Of a stretch of DNA of 64,000 nt, positions 51,241-61,006 are shown piece by piece. Origin of the DNA: Longimicrobiales bacterium (GTDB taxonomy: Bacteria > Gemmatimonadota > Gemmatimonadetes > Longimicrobiales > Gaopeijiaceae); NCBI GenBank assembly GCA_965204735.1, contig OZ242008.1, positions 800,001-864,000 on the forward strand, written 5' to 3'. The notes under the pieces were generated by a model. It was not told where the DNA came from and did no database searches. It was given only the letters and a program-made list of their open reading frames with translations. The position numbers and the translations under genes were made by a program. The stretch's first letter is position 1, and the number at the start of each line of letters is the position of its first letter.

Positions 51241-54200
51241 GCTCGGCCACCTCGCCGTCCATCAAGGCGTCGAGCGCCGAGAGGTGCTCCCGCAGCATCT
51301 CCTGCAGGCGCGACTTGACCTCGAGCTCCTGATCGGTCGGGGGGAAGTCCGCCACCGAGACGCCGCCCGTCAGGTAGCCGATCTTCTGCAGCAGCTTCGC
51401 TTCGAAGCGCACGCCGTCCTGTCCTTGGCCGGTCAGGCGCAGGTCCACCATGTTCATCTGAAGGGCGACGAGCTGATCCTGCAGCGCCTGGATCGCGTCG
51501 GCCAGCTCCTCGTCCTCCGCGAAGCGGGCCAGCGTCGCCAGCTGCACGCGGATCGCTTCGACCCGGTGAACGGCTTCGCCCGCAACCACCAGCTGCTCCC
51601 GAACCTCGCCCAAGAACGCCACCTGGGCGGCGATGTCGGCCTCGCTTCCTGCCGAGTGCGGGTCCTTGATCACGGTCAGGGGCTGTTCGTGGGTGGCGCC
51701 GGCGACCGTCAGGCGGACCGTGTAGCGACCCGGTGGCATCAGAATGGAGATCTGCCGCGAGCCGGGGGCGGGCCGACCGTCGCTGCCGACCGCGATGTGG
51801 TCCGCGTAGATGGGGCTGGTCAATAGCCGGACGGGCTCGTTGGGCTCGTCGCGGAGGTTCCAGTGCACGCGGTTGACGCCAGGTCGGCCGGGGCCCTCCA
51901 ACGTGCGCACCACCGTGCCCGCGGCGTCCACGATCTCGACGACGGGCGCGGCGTCGGACGCCATGTCGGGCGCGGCCTCCTGATCCCCCGAGCCCTCTGC
52001 GCCGGCAGGCCCCAGCCAGTAGTCGATCGACGCGCCGTACTCGGGGTCGCGTCCTTCGGTCGGGTCGCTGTAGGGCACCGACGGCGGCGTGATGGGGCGG
52101 AAGCGGTAGGCGTCGCGGGGCGCGAACAAGTGGGACGCGGACGCCACGACTTCGGGCGTGGCCTGCTGCAGCGGCGACAAGTCGTCGAGAATCCAGAAGC
52201 CCCGGCCGTACGTGCCCACGACCAAGTCGTTGAAGTGTTCTTGGACGACGATCCCCGACACCGGCGCGTGGGGAAGGTTGTTCTGCAGCGGCTGCCAGCG
52301 GTCGCCGTGGTCGAAGGAGACGTAGATGGCGTTCTCGGTGCCGGCGTAGAGCAGGCCGGGCCGCTTCGGGTCCTCGACGACGATCTTGGTGTAGCTGAGC
52401 ATCGTCGGCGGTATGCCGTCGGTGATCTTCTCCCACGACTGGCCGTAGTCGCGCGTGCGGTAGAGGTGCGGGTCGCGGATGTTGACCTGATGGCCGTCGG
52501 CGGCCAGGTAGGCCGTGCCGGGGTCGTGGCGGGACGGCGCAATGCTCCGAACAGCGATCCACTCGGGCAGCCCGGAGACGTTGGCGGTCACGTCGGTCCA
52601 CATGGCGCCGCCGTCGCGGGTCAGATGCACAAGTCCGTCGTTGGTGCCGGCCCAGATCAGCCCCGCTTCGACGGGCGACTCGGCGATGCCGAACACCGTG
52701 CCCGCGTACTCGACGCCGATGTTGTCGCCGGTCAGGCCCCCCGACAGGCCCATGCGGCTCCGGTCGTTAAGGGTCAGGTCGGGGCTGATCACGTCCCAGC
52801 TCTGGCCGCCGTTTCGCGTGCGGTGCACGTGCTGGCTGCCCACGTAGACCGTGTTGGCGTCGTGGGGCGAGATGTGAATCGGCGCGTCCCATATGAAGCG
52901 GTAGCGCACGCCCGACGCCGCGCCCCGGCTCTGCTCCGGCCACACCTCGACGGACCGGAACTGGCGTCGCGCCTCTTCGTAGCGCACCACGATGCCGCCC
53001 ACCATGCCCGATCCCGAAGCCGACGACCACACAATGTTCGGATCGGTCGGGTCGGGCGTGGCCCAGCCGCTCTCGCCGCCGCCCACGTGGTGCCACATGC
53101 CTCGGGGAATGCCGGTGATGCGGCGCTGTCCCATGATGCGGCTGTTGCTGGGGCCGCGGTACGTGGGTTCGTCCTGCTTGTTGCCCAGCACGTTGTAGGG
53201 AATCGCGTTGTCCACGGTCACGTGGTACATCTGCGCGTTGGTGAGGCGCTGGCGGAACCAGGTCTTGCCTCGGTTGCCGGAGATCGACAGCCCTTGGTCG
53301 TGGGCCACGATCATGCGGTCAGCGTCGGCCGGGTCGATCCACATGTCGTGGTGGTCGCCCCCCGGCGCTCGGGGACGCGGCACCACGCCCAGCGTGCGCC
53401 CGCCGTCGGTGGACACCGCGAACGAGGCGGTCAGGAAGTACGCCTCGTCCTCGTCGGAGGGCGACACGACCACTCGCGAGTAGTAGTGCGGCCTGCCCAT
53501 CGCGTTGCGGTTGCGCGTGATCAGCGCCCACGTGCGCCCGCCGTCTTCGGAACGCCAGAGCTGGCCGTCCTCGGTCTCGCGCCCCTCCCACGGAATGCCG
53601 TCGCCCGTTTCGAGCATGGCGTAGACCCGGCGCGGGTTGGACGGCGCGATAGCCACCGCCACCTTGCCCACCGGCTTCTCGGGCAAGCCGATGCCGTTGT
53701 CCGGCCCCGACAGCCGGCGCCACGTGTCCCCGCCGTCGCGCGAGACGTGAAGGCCGCCGCCGGGTCCGCCGCTGGTGCGCCCCCAAGTGTGGATCTCCAG
53801 CTGCCACGTGCCCGCGAAGAGCACGCGCGGGTTGGTCGGGTCCATGGCCACGTCGGAGCAGCCCGTGTCTTCGTCCACGAAGAGGACCCGTTCCCAGTTG
53901 GCGCCGCCGTCGGTGGTGCGGAAGAGCCCGCGCTCCTGCTGCGGACCGTAGGCGTGGCCCAGCGCGCACGCGAACACTACGTCCGGGTCCGACGGATGCA
54001 CCGCCAGTCGCGGAATCCGCCCCGTCTGCTCCAACCCCATGAGCGTCCAGGTCCGCCCGGCGTCGACCGACTTGTAGATGCCCTGCCCGATGGAGACGTG
54101 GCTCCGTATCTTCCCTTCGCCCGTGCCGGCCCAGACAATGTTCGGATCGGACGGCGCCACCGCCAGCGCCCCGATCGACTGCACCGGCTGGTCGTCGAAG

Positions 54201-54577
54201 ATCGCGTCCCAGTGCACGCCGCCGTCGGTCGTCTTGTACACGCCCCCCGAAGCCGCCCCGACGTAGTACGTGTGCGGGTCGCCCGAGATCCCCGCCGCCG
54301 CGCTGAACCGGTTCCCCTCGGGGCCGATGTGGCGCCATTCGAGGGCCGCGTAGTCGGCCGGGGTCGGGGTGGCCTGGGCGGCGAGGGGGGTGGGGGCGGG
54401 GATGGCGAGCGCGAGGGCCGCCGGGGTGGCCAGGAGGGCCAAGGCGGCTCGGCCGAGGCCGCCCCTGTCGAGGCCCGGCAGCCGCTGGGGCGTGCCGAGG
54501 GCCACGCGAAGCACCGTGACGAAAACGGACTTGGCGGAGCGGACGAGGGCGGCAGGGCTGGGAGTCGTGAGATTCAT
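51191..54577 (-). CDS. VPS10/sortilin-like BNR-repeat glycosyl hydrolase
   Basis: WRHIGP; many Asp-box repeats (TTDGGVHW, SRDGGDTW, SEDGGRTW); GTYGRGFWILDD. Confidence 0.88.
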   Translation of the reverse strand: MNLTTPSPAALVRSAKSVFVTVLRVALGTPQRLPGLDRGGLGRAALALLATPAALALAIPAPTPLAAQATPTPADYAALEWRHIGPEGNRFSAAAGISGDPHTYYVGAASGGVYKTTDGGVHWDAIFDDQPVQSIGALAVAPSDPNIVWAGTGEGKIRSHVSIGQGIYKSVDAGRTWTLMGLEQTGRIPRLAVHPSDPDVVFACALGHAYGPQQERGLFRTTDGGANWERVLFVDEDTGCSDVAMDPTNPRVLFAGTWQLEIHTWGRTSGGPGGGLHVSRDGGDTWRRLSGPDNGIGLPEKPVGKVAVAIAPSNPRRVYAMLETGDGIPWEGRETEDGQLWRSEDGGRTWALITRNRNAMGRPHYYSRVVVSPSDEDEAYFLTASFAVSTDGGRTLGVVPRPRAPGGDHHDMWIDPADADRMIVAHDQGLSISGNRGKTWFRQRLTNAQMYHVTVDNAIPYNVLGNKQDEPTYRGPSNSRIMGQRRITGIPRGMWHHVGGGESGWATPDPTDPNIVWSSASGSGMVGGIVVRYEEARRQFRSVEVWPEQSRGAASGVRYRFIWDAPIHISPHDANTVYVGSQHVHRTRNGGQSWDVISPDLTLNDRSRMGLSGGLTGDNIGVEYAGTVFGIAESPVEAGLIWAGTNDGLVHLTRDGGAMWTDVTANVSGLPEWIAVRSIAPSRHDPGTAYLAADGHQVNIRDPHLYRTRDYGQSWEKITDGIPPTMLSYTKIVVEDPKRPGLLYAGTENAIYVSFDHGDRWQPLQNNLPHAPVSGIVVQEHFNDLVVGTYGRGFWILDDLSPLQQATPEVVASASHLFAPRDAYRFRPITPPSVPYSDPTEGRDPEYGASIDYWLGPAGAEGSGDQEAAPDMASDAAPVVEIVDAAGTVVRTLEGPGRPGVNRVHWNLRDEPNEPVRLLTSPIYADHIAVGSDGRPAPGSRQISILMPPGRYTVRLTVAGATHEQPLTVIKDPHSAGSEADIAAQVAFLGEVREQLVVAGEAVHRVEAIRVQLATLARFAEDEELADAIQALQDQLVALQMNMVDLRLTGQGQDGVRFEAKLLQKIGYLTGGVSVADFPPTDQELEVKSRLQEMLREHLSALDALMDGEVAELNQMLRARGMLIVADG

Positions 54578-54708
54578 CGGAGTCCTCGGGGTTGACGGGC
54601 GTCGTCGGGGGGTCGGATGGCAGGGGTTGATCCGTTACGGTCTGGCGAGCGAGAAGTCAAGCTGGGGTCGGGAAATCTGGAGAGCCGGCAAGACGGGTAG
54701 CGGCACGG

Positions 54709-55293
54709 TCAACCAGTCCCGATGAGCCGCTTGAGCACTTGCGATGCGGTTGCCAATGTGCCGCCGTACGGCGCAAGCCATTCGTCCGGTTCACCTGGAT
54801 CCACTTTGAACCAGAACGTGTCGTACTTGTCCTTGTCGTCGTACGTGTACTTGCCTTTCTTTTTTCCCCCGTGCTGCGGAGTGACATAGACAAATAGTAC
54901 GTCTTTGGAAAAGACCACGGCTTTGGGGATGATCCAACAATGCGCGCTTGTCGGCGACAGGCCCAAGCATATCAGAAAGGCATAATCTTGGTCTCGAATC
55001 TGCTGAAATTTGTAGATGCCAGTCTCCCACCGAGTAGAGGACTTAACCTCTACTCGATCGTCCTGGACTTTCATGTCTGCTTGCGTATCACGGACACCCT
55101 CGACGCGGAGGCCATGCTGAACACACCACCTCTCGACCAGCTGCTCGCCGATCTTGCCTCGCCGCCGCGACGACGGTTGGGCCTTGATCCACGCGAATGG
55201 ACTGCCGGCCCAGGCACCGTCCGCCTTCACGTACTCACGCTTCAACTCTGTTGCCATGTTGGCCAGCAGTCTGACGTCGGGGTCATGAATCAT
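54709..55293 (-). CDS. Putative PD-(D/E)xK restriction endonuclease
   Basis: GKIGEQLV...QAD...RVEVKSS motif; lower GC; ATGA overlap with the methyltransferase stop. Confidence 0.7.
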   Translation of the reverse strand: MIHDPDVRLLANMATELKREYVKADGAWAGSPFAWIKAQPSSRRRGKIGEQLVERWCVQHGLRVEGVRDTQADMKVQDDRVEVKSSTRWETGIYKFQQIRDQDYAFLICLGLSPTSAHCWIIPKAVVFSKDVLFVYVTPQHGGKKKGKYTYDDKDKYDTFWFKVDPGEPDEWLAPYGGTLATASQVLKRLIGTG

Positions 55294-55645
55294 GTCTGCC
55301 CCGCCAGTGCCTCGTCACGTTCCGCTGGCCCGAACAACGACCCTTGAGACTTTGTGGGAAGATGTTGCGTGTGGTCGTAGCCCTCGAACGCGACGTCATG
55401 CATGTCGGCAAAGCGCTCGGCCATGACCGCCAGAGCGTCCGGACTGTTGTCGACCAAGATGAACCGGCGGCCCAGTTCCCGGGCAACGGCGCCGAGGGTA
55501 CCACTGCCGGCAAAGAAGTCCAGCACGGTGTCGCCGGGACGCGACGATGCTTGGACGATTCGCCGGACGATGCCCGCCGGCTTCTGAGTGGGGTAGCCCG
55601 TTCGTTCCCTTCCGGGCTCTTCGCCTGATGTGGTGGGGAGGGACA

Positions 55646-56721
55646 TGTCAAGCCAAAGTAGAAATGTCCCCCCTGGTGGTGTGGACGATGGGTTCTTCCT
55701 GAGGCCGAGGGCCAGGTGTTGGGCGCAGGACGCGCGGCTCCAGCAAGCCTGGGCTGTACGGCGCAGGGCGCCCTGGTCCGGGCGCTTCAAGGCCAGCGGC
55801 GGCCGGGCGAGTCGAGATCGTCGCCGTGGCCAAGCTCTGGCCGGGTGGACGCCAACGCGGACGGGTCCGGACACTGCTGCCCCGATGGCTCGCAGTTCGC
55901 ACTGAGCCTGCCAGCTCGGACGGTCGTGGTGCGCCGAGCGACCTGCGCAGCGCCGGCAAGCCTCGGAGGCACGGATGCCGACACCGCGGTCACGCCCGAC
56001 CTTTGCGGGAAGGGGAGTGCGACCCGCCGTCCCCGCCTGCGGGCTCAGGACGAGGCCCTGCACTGCTCGGGACCGGTCCCGTTGGAGTGGCGGCGCGGTG
56101 TTCCCGCTTGGCCACGGCCTGAGCCACGCTGGCGCTGAAGTGCTTGCTCCACGGGTGATTCCTTCCCGGCTTCGGCGGCTTGGGCCTGGGCTTGGCCGTC
56201 GCGGGCGCGGACGCCGGCTTGGGCGTCGCGGACCGGACCGATCCCAAGGCCTTGGGCGTCAGGTAGCAACCGCGATGCCGGAAGCGCAGCTCGCCCGAGA
56301 GAACGCCGTTCGACGACGACGGGGGAGCTTCAGCTCGACGCGCTCCGCCAGCAGCGTGGCGCCGAAGGCGGCGTAGTCGGGGTCCTGGCCATGGCCAGCA
56401 CCCGCCCCCGCGTCTCCGACGGCAGCGACCGGTTCGACCTCCGACCCCGGAGCCCGTGCACGACCACCTCGTCGCCCGCCGCCTCGAACCGGCGGCGCAC
56501 GCGCCGGAAGTGACGTTCGGTCACCCCGAAGCGCGCCGCGCCGTCGGCCGCCGCCAGCACGCCTTCGCTCACCTGCCTCAACACCGAGATCCGGTCCCGC
56601 TCCTTCAAGCTCAACTCCATTTCGCTCCTCTCCCGGGCACGAGTTCGACTCCCGCCGAACATCGCCCGAAAGAGGACATTTCTATCTTGGTAAGACCGGA
56701 CATTTCTAAATTGGCACGACA
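55646..56721 (-). mobile_element. Internally deleted, non-autonomous copy of the IS1202/ISNCY-type element (1076 bp)
   Basis: Same ends as 14233-16092; about 758 bp of the transposase core and one 26-bp end repeat are missing; 17-bp flanking repeat TGT(G/C)GTGGGGAGGGACA. Confidence 0.9.
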
Positions 56722-56764
56722 TGTCGTGGGGAGGGACATGGAACCGGGACGGGGGCACGGCGGG

Positions 56765-58000
56765 TCAGTGCTGGGCGGGGCGCGGACAGAGGTCGAGACC
56801 GCCGAGGTGGAAGAGAATGGCCGCGGCGAAGCGGTCCTGGTTGCGGAAGCCGCGGCACCGGGCCTTGATCGCTTGGATGCGGCTGTTGACGCCCTCGGCC
56901 GGGCCGTTGGTGGCATCAAGCACGACGGCGTTGACGATGCCCCACAGGTGCGTCCGGACCATCGCCGCCGCCTTCTCGACCGGCTCGAGCCCGGAGGCCG
57001 ACGCCCATTGCAGCCAGCGCAACCACGCCGAGTGCGCCCAGCCCCGGCTGCGATATCGCCACAGCTTCGACGCCGCTTCCTTGAGCGCCCAGGCCTGGGA
57101 CGTGCGCTCGACGCTCTTGCGCAACTCGGCGAACGCCAGCTTCTCGGCGTGCGTCTTCTTGCCGGCGCCCCGGAGCCACTGGTACCGCGTGCCCGCCAGC
57201 ACGGCATTGCCCCGCGCCTTCAGCTCCTCGTGCTCGGCGCGCCGCACCTTGTCCACCGCGTCGCCCAGATGCTTGGCCACGTGAAAGCGGTCGAACGCCG
57301 TCTTGCTGCGCGCGTCGGCAACCCACGCCTCCGTCGCCGCCACGTAGGGCCGCCACATGTCCATCGACACGCTCTCGACCGCCGCCAGCCGCCGCTCGCC
57401 CATCGTGCGGTAGAACGCCTCCAGCGCTTCGCGGCTACGGCCCGGCGCCACGTGCAGCACGTCCTTCGTCTCCGAGTCCGACACCACCGTCACGTACTTG
57501 TGGCCCCGCTTGAACGACGTCTCGTCCACGCTCAGCCGCCGCGGCGTCTGCATCTCGCGACGTGCCAAGCCCCGGCGCACCGCGCGCTCCATGATCCCGG
57601 CGACCGCCGTCCAGCTCAAGCGCAGCCGCCGCGACACCGCAAGCACGCTCGCATCGCGCAACCAGTCGATCACCAGCGACTCGAACGCCGCCGTGTACCT
57701 CGACCGCTCCTCCGCCCACGGCACCCGCGTCGTCGCCACCCCGTGCTCCGGACACTCCACCCGCGGCACGTCGTAGACCACGAACGTCTTGTATCCCCAT
57801 GCGTCCAGCCCGCGCCACTCCCGGCGCCGCACGTCGTAGCCCGGACACGTCCGCCCGCACTCCGGGCACCGCAACGGCGAGCCCGCCCTGCGCGCCAGCG
57901 TCACCCGCGCCTCCTGGCGCTCCGAATCCTCGTCCACGCGCTCGATCCGCCACTCCGGCCCCAGCCCCATCAGCCGCTCCACCCACTCCCGCATCTCCAT
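56765..58000 (-). CDS. ISL3-family transposase
   Basis: CPECG zinc finger, VPRVECPEHG, VPWA, SVDETS, VSMDMW, FDRFHV, TNGPAEGVNSRI. Confidence 0.95.
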   Translation of the reverse strand: MEMREWVERLMGLGPEWRIERVDEDSERQEARVTLARRAGSPLRCPECGRTCPGYDVRRREWRGLDAWGYKTFVVYDVPRVECPEHGVATTRVPWAEERSRYTAAFESLVIDWLRDASVLAVSRRLRLSWTAVAGIMERAVRRGLARREMQTPRRLSVDETSFKRGHKYVTVVSDSETKDVLHVAPGRSREALEAFYRTMGERRLAAVESVSMDMWRPYVAATEAWVADARSKTAFDRFHVAKHLGDAVDKVRRAEHEELKARGNAVLAGTRYQWLRGAGKKTHAEKLAFAELRKSVERTSQAWALKEAASKLWRYRSRGWAHSAWLRWLQWASASGLEPVEKAAAMVRTHLWGIVNAVVLDATNGPAEGVNSRIQAIKARCRGFRNQDRFAAAILFHLGGLDLCPRPAQH

Positions 58001-58952
58001 TCGCTCTCCTCGCTCCAAAAGTCACGCCGTCCTCCCGTCCATCCTACGGCGCCCACCGAAACAGGGGAAGAGCCCCCTTCCGTTGGTGGGGACGATCGTG
58101 TGCCACCAGGTGTCCGTGGGAAGCTTGCCTCGGGCAGCCTTCTCGGCGCCCACGAGGCCAGGGGCCATGTAGGGAATTCGCTCGACCGATTCCGAGTTGA
58201 ACACGTACTGATCCGTGTCCTTGACGTACAGAAGAATGTTGTCGTGCTTTGCGGGCCACCTGCGCTTGGAGCGTCCTCCGTAGTCGTAGGCCCAGATGAT
58301 CTCGTTGAGAAAACACTCCCGCCCGAAAATGCCGTCGAGCAGCACCTTGGCGTAGTGAACCTCTCGGTAGTCCAAGTGCAGGTACAACGAGCCCGTGGGC
58401 GCCAAGACGCGATGTGCCTCGCGCAGTCGCGGCTCCAAGAACGCAAGATAGTCGTCGAAGGCGTCGGCGAACGCTCGTGTGGCTCCCGGTTCCGTACGAT
58501 AGCGGCGGCCCTGGAAGCCTGTCCGGTCTCCACCGACGTCGTCTTGGACGGTACGAAGCCTCGTTCGGGATTGAACGCGCCCCGTGTTGAACGGCGGATC
58601 GGTGTAGATGAGATCAATGGAGCCGGTAGCCAAGTTGCCGAGAAACGGCAGGTTGTCTCCAAGGTGGACAACGTCTCGGGCACTACTTCTTTCGACGACG
58701 CCGTTGTCTCCAGGAGCCATCCGGGGCTCCCTCGTCGATGCAGTCAGTGTCCTCTCCCCAGGATATTGGTTGTCGAATCCAGCTCTGCTCCGCACACTGA
58801 AGCATAACCGTGTCGGCTGCTCCGCTCCAGACCGGCGAGACCGCCATGCTTGCGCGGCCGACCGCAGCTCGCGCACTATGACTCCGCCGCCGCGCGGACC
58901 TCGCCGAGCCCGCGTGGATTCTCCTGTCGATTTCCCTCACGATCCTGCTGCC

Positions 58953-60869
58953 ATGCCGCTCCCCGTTCGTTCCGTCCAACCGCCCGGATGTGGGGCCTTC
59001 CCTTGGACCGCGCTCCGAGCCGCCGTTCCTGCCGTCGCCGTCGTCGCGACCGGCCTCGCCGTCTCGGCCCCCACTCCCACCACCGCCCAGACCGGCCCTG
59101 TCGTCGAGGACGGCCAGGCCCAGGTCGTTCCCGCCTTTGCCGATTCGACCGCGTGGATCCGTCACGAGCTGTGGGTCGAGACGGAGTTCGACTCGGACGG
59201 CGACGGTCGGCTGGACCGGGTGCACGCGGACGTGACGCGGCCGGCCCAGACGGACACCGAGGGGCTCAAGGTGGCGGTGATCTACGAGACGAGCCCGTAC
59301 TACTCGGGGACGGCCGGGATCGACTTCGACCACTTCTGGAACTTGCGCCAGGAGGTGGGCGGGGCGCCGCCGGAGCGCGACCCGTACCCGGCCGCGATCC
59401 GCCATCGGGCCAGCCAACCCGTCATCTCCAACTCCCACGTGCGGACATGGGTGCCCCGAGGCTTTGCGGTCGTCCACTCCCAGTCGCCGGGAACTGGGCA
59501 GTCGCAAGGGTGTCCGACCGTCGGCGGGGCCAACGAATCCCTTGCGCCCAAGGCGGTGATCGACTGGCTCAACGGGCGAGCACGGGGCTTCGCCGCGCTG
59601 GACGGCGACGAGGAAGTGACGGCGCACTGGGCCACGGGCAAGGTCGGCATGACGGGCACGTCGTACAACGGGACGCTTCCGCTGGCCGCGGCGACGACCG
59701 GGGTGGAGGGACTGGAGGCGATCGTTCCGGTGGCGCCCAACACGTCGTACTACCACTACTACAGGTCCAACGGGCTGGTGCGGTCGCCGGGCGGGTACCC
59801 GGGCGAGGACGTGGACGTGCTCTTCGACTTCGTCTTCAGCGGATTTCCCGACTCGCGGGAGTATTGCGTTGCCCAGGTGCGGGAGGGCGAGATGAGGCCG
59901 AAGCTGGATCGGACCACGGGCGACTACAACGACTTCTGGGCGGGGCGGGACTACCTGAACCAGATCGACGGCGTGAAGGCCGCAACGCTGATGGCCCACG
60001 CCTTCAACGACTGGAACGTCATGCCCGAGCACAGCTACCGAATCGTCCAGGCGCTGGAGGCCCGAGGCGTGCCAGTGCAGGTCTACTACCACCAGGGAGG
60101 ACACGGCGGGCCGCCGCCCCTCGAGCTCGTGAACCGCTGGTTCACCCGCTACCTCCTGGACGTCGACAACGGCGTCGAGGACGACCCTGGCGCCTGGATC
60201 GTGCGGGAGGGCGACGACCCGGGCCGGCCCACGCCGTACGCCGCCTACCCCCACCCCGAATCCGAAGGCGTGCCCCTTCACCCCGGCGGCGACGGCGCCT
60301 GGACCGGCACGCTGGGGCTGGAGACCGGGACCGAGCCCGCGCAAGGCGCCGTCGTGGACAACTTCTCCTTCGCCGGGGGCGAGCTGGCCGCGGCCGAGTG
60401 GTCCAGCCACCGTCTGCTGTACGCCACGCCCGAGCTGCGCGAGGACGTGCACCTCTCCGGCGTGGCGAAGGTCCGGATTCGCGTGGCCGCCGACGCTCCC
60501 GGCGCCAACCTGTCGGTGTGGCTGGTGTCGCTCCCGTGGACCAGAAGCGAGTCGATCAACGACGACGTGATCACCAGGGGCTGGGCCGACCCCAGCAACG
60601 CCGGCGCCGCCGACGTGAAGTCGCCTCGGACGGGCGCGCCTCTGGTCCCCGGCGAGTTCGTGGAGCTCGAGTTCGACCTTCAGCCCGACGACCAGGTCGT
60701 GCCGGCGGGCGAGCGCATCGGCCTGATGATCTTCTCCAGCGACAAGGACTTCACGCTTCATCCCGACCCGGGCACCCGGCTCCAGGTCGATCTTCGGGGC
60801 ACATCGGTTGTGCTGCCCGTGGTGGGCGGAAGAGAAGCGCTGGCCAAGGCGCTGACCCCGGTCAGCTGA
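58953..60869 (+). CDS. Xaa-Pro dipeptidyl-peptidase (S15/PepX family), secreted
   Basis: WVETEFDSDGDG, SPYY, IDWLNGRA, GTSYNG nucleophile motif, DWNV, HQGGH. Confidence 0.88.
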   Translation: MPLPVRSVQPPGCGAFPWTALRAAVPAVAVVATGLAVSAPTPTTAQTGPVVEDGQAQVVPAFADSTAWIRHELWVETEFDSDGDGRLDRVHADVTRPAQTDTEGLKVAVIYETSPYYSGTAGIDFDHFWNLRQEVGGAPPERDPYPAAIRHRASQPVISNSHVRTWVPRGFAVVHSQSPGTGQSQGCPTVGGANESLAPKAVIDWLNGRARGFAALDGDEEVTAHWATGKVGMTGTSYNGTLPLAAATTGVEGLEAIVPVAPNTSYYHYYRSNGLVRSPGGYPGEDVDVLFDFVFSGFPDSREYCVAQVREGEMRPKLDRTTGDYNDFWAGRDYLNQIDGVKAATLMAHAFNDWNVMPEHSYRIVQALEARGVPVQVYYHQGGHGGPPPLELVNRWFTRYLLDVDNGVEDDPGAWIVREGDDPGRPTPYAAYPHPESEGVPLHPGGDGAWTGTLGLETGTEPAQGAVVDNFSFAGGELAAAEWSSHRLLYATPELREDVHLSGVAKVRIRVAADAPGANLSVWLVSLPWTRSESINDDVITRGWADPSNAGAADVKSPRTGAPLVPGEFVELEFDLQPDDQVVPAGERIGLMIFSSDKDFTLHPDPGTRLQVDLRGTSVVLPVVGGREALAKALTPVS

Positions 60870-61006
60870 CGGCTGGCCGGTCGCCCGGACGCTCCGTTCG
60901 CTCGGCGACCGCTGCGGCGACATCTGGGTGGACACGGCAGGACCTGGGCGAGGGCCGCGGCCGCCTGGGCCCGCCGGGCTGCGGTCGCTGGCGCTGGTCC
61001 TCGACT

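Larger units (their letters stand above)
55615..58074 (-). mobile_element. ISL3-family element carrying a nested defective IS
   Basis: Inverted repeats GGCTCTTCGCCTGATGTGGTGGG / GGCTCTTCCCCTGTTTCGGTGGG; perfect 8-bp TSD CCCTTCCG (55607-55614 and 58075-58082). Confidence 0.93.
55290..58720 (-). pseudogene. Beta-class N4/N6 DNA methyltransferase split by ISL3 (5' part 58720-58075, 3' part 55614-55290)
   Basis: 5' part: IYTDPPFN...WHTIVPTNGR; 3' part: ERTGYPTQKP...LDFFAGSGT. Removing the IS and one 8-bp repeat restores the frame. Confidence 0.92.

Noticed and set aside
55290..56063. 257-aa ORF ending in the MTase C-terminus
   Set aside because: Chimeric read-through from IS sequence into the 3' half of the broken MTase; lacks the DPPF catalytic motif
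57995..58006. 12-nt identity (GAGCGAATGGAG) at the starts of the ISL3 and IS1202-type transposases
   Set aside because: Short, and explained by shared ribosome-binding and start-codon constraints
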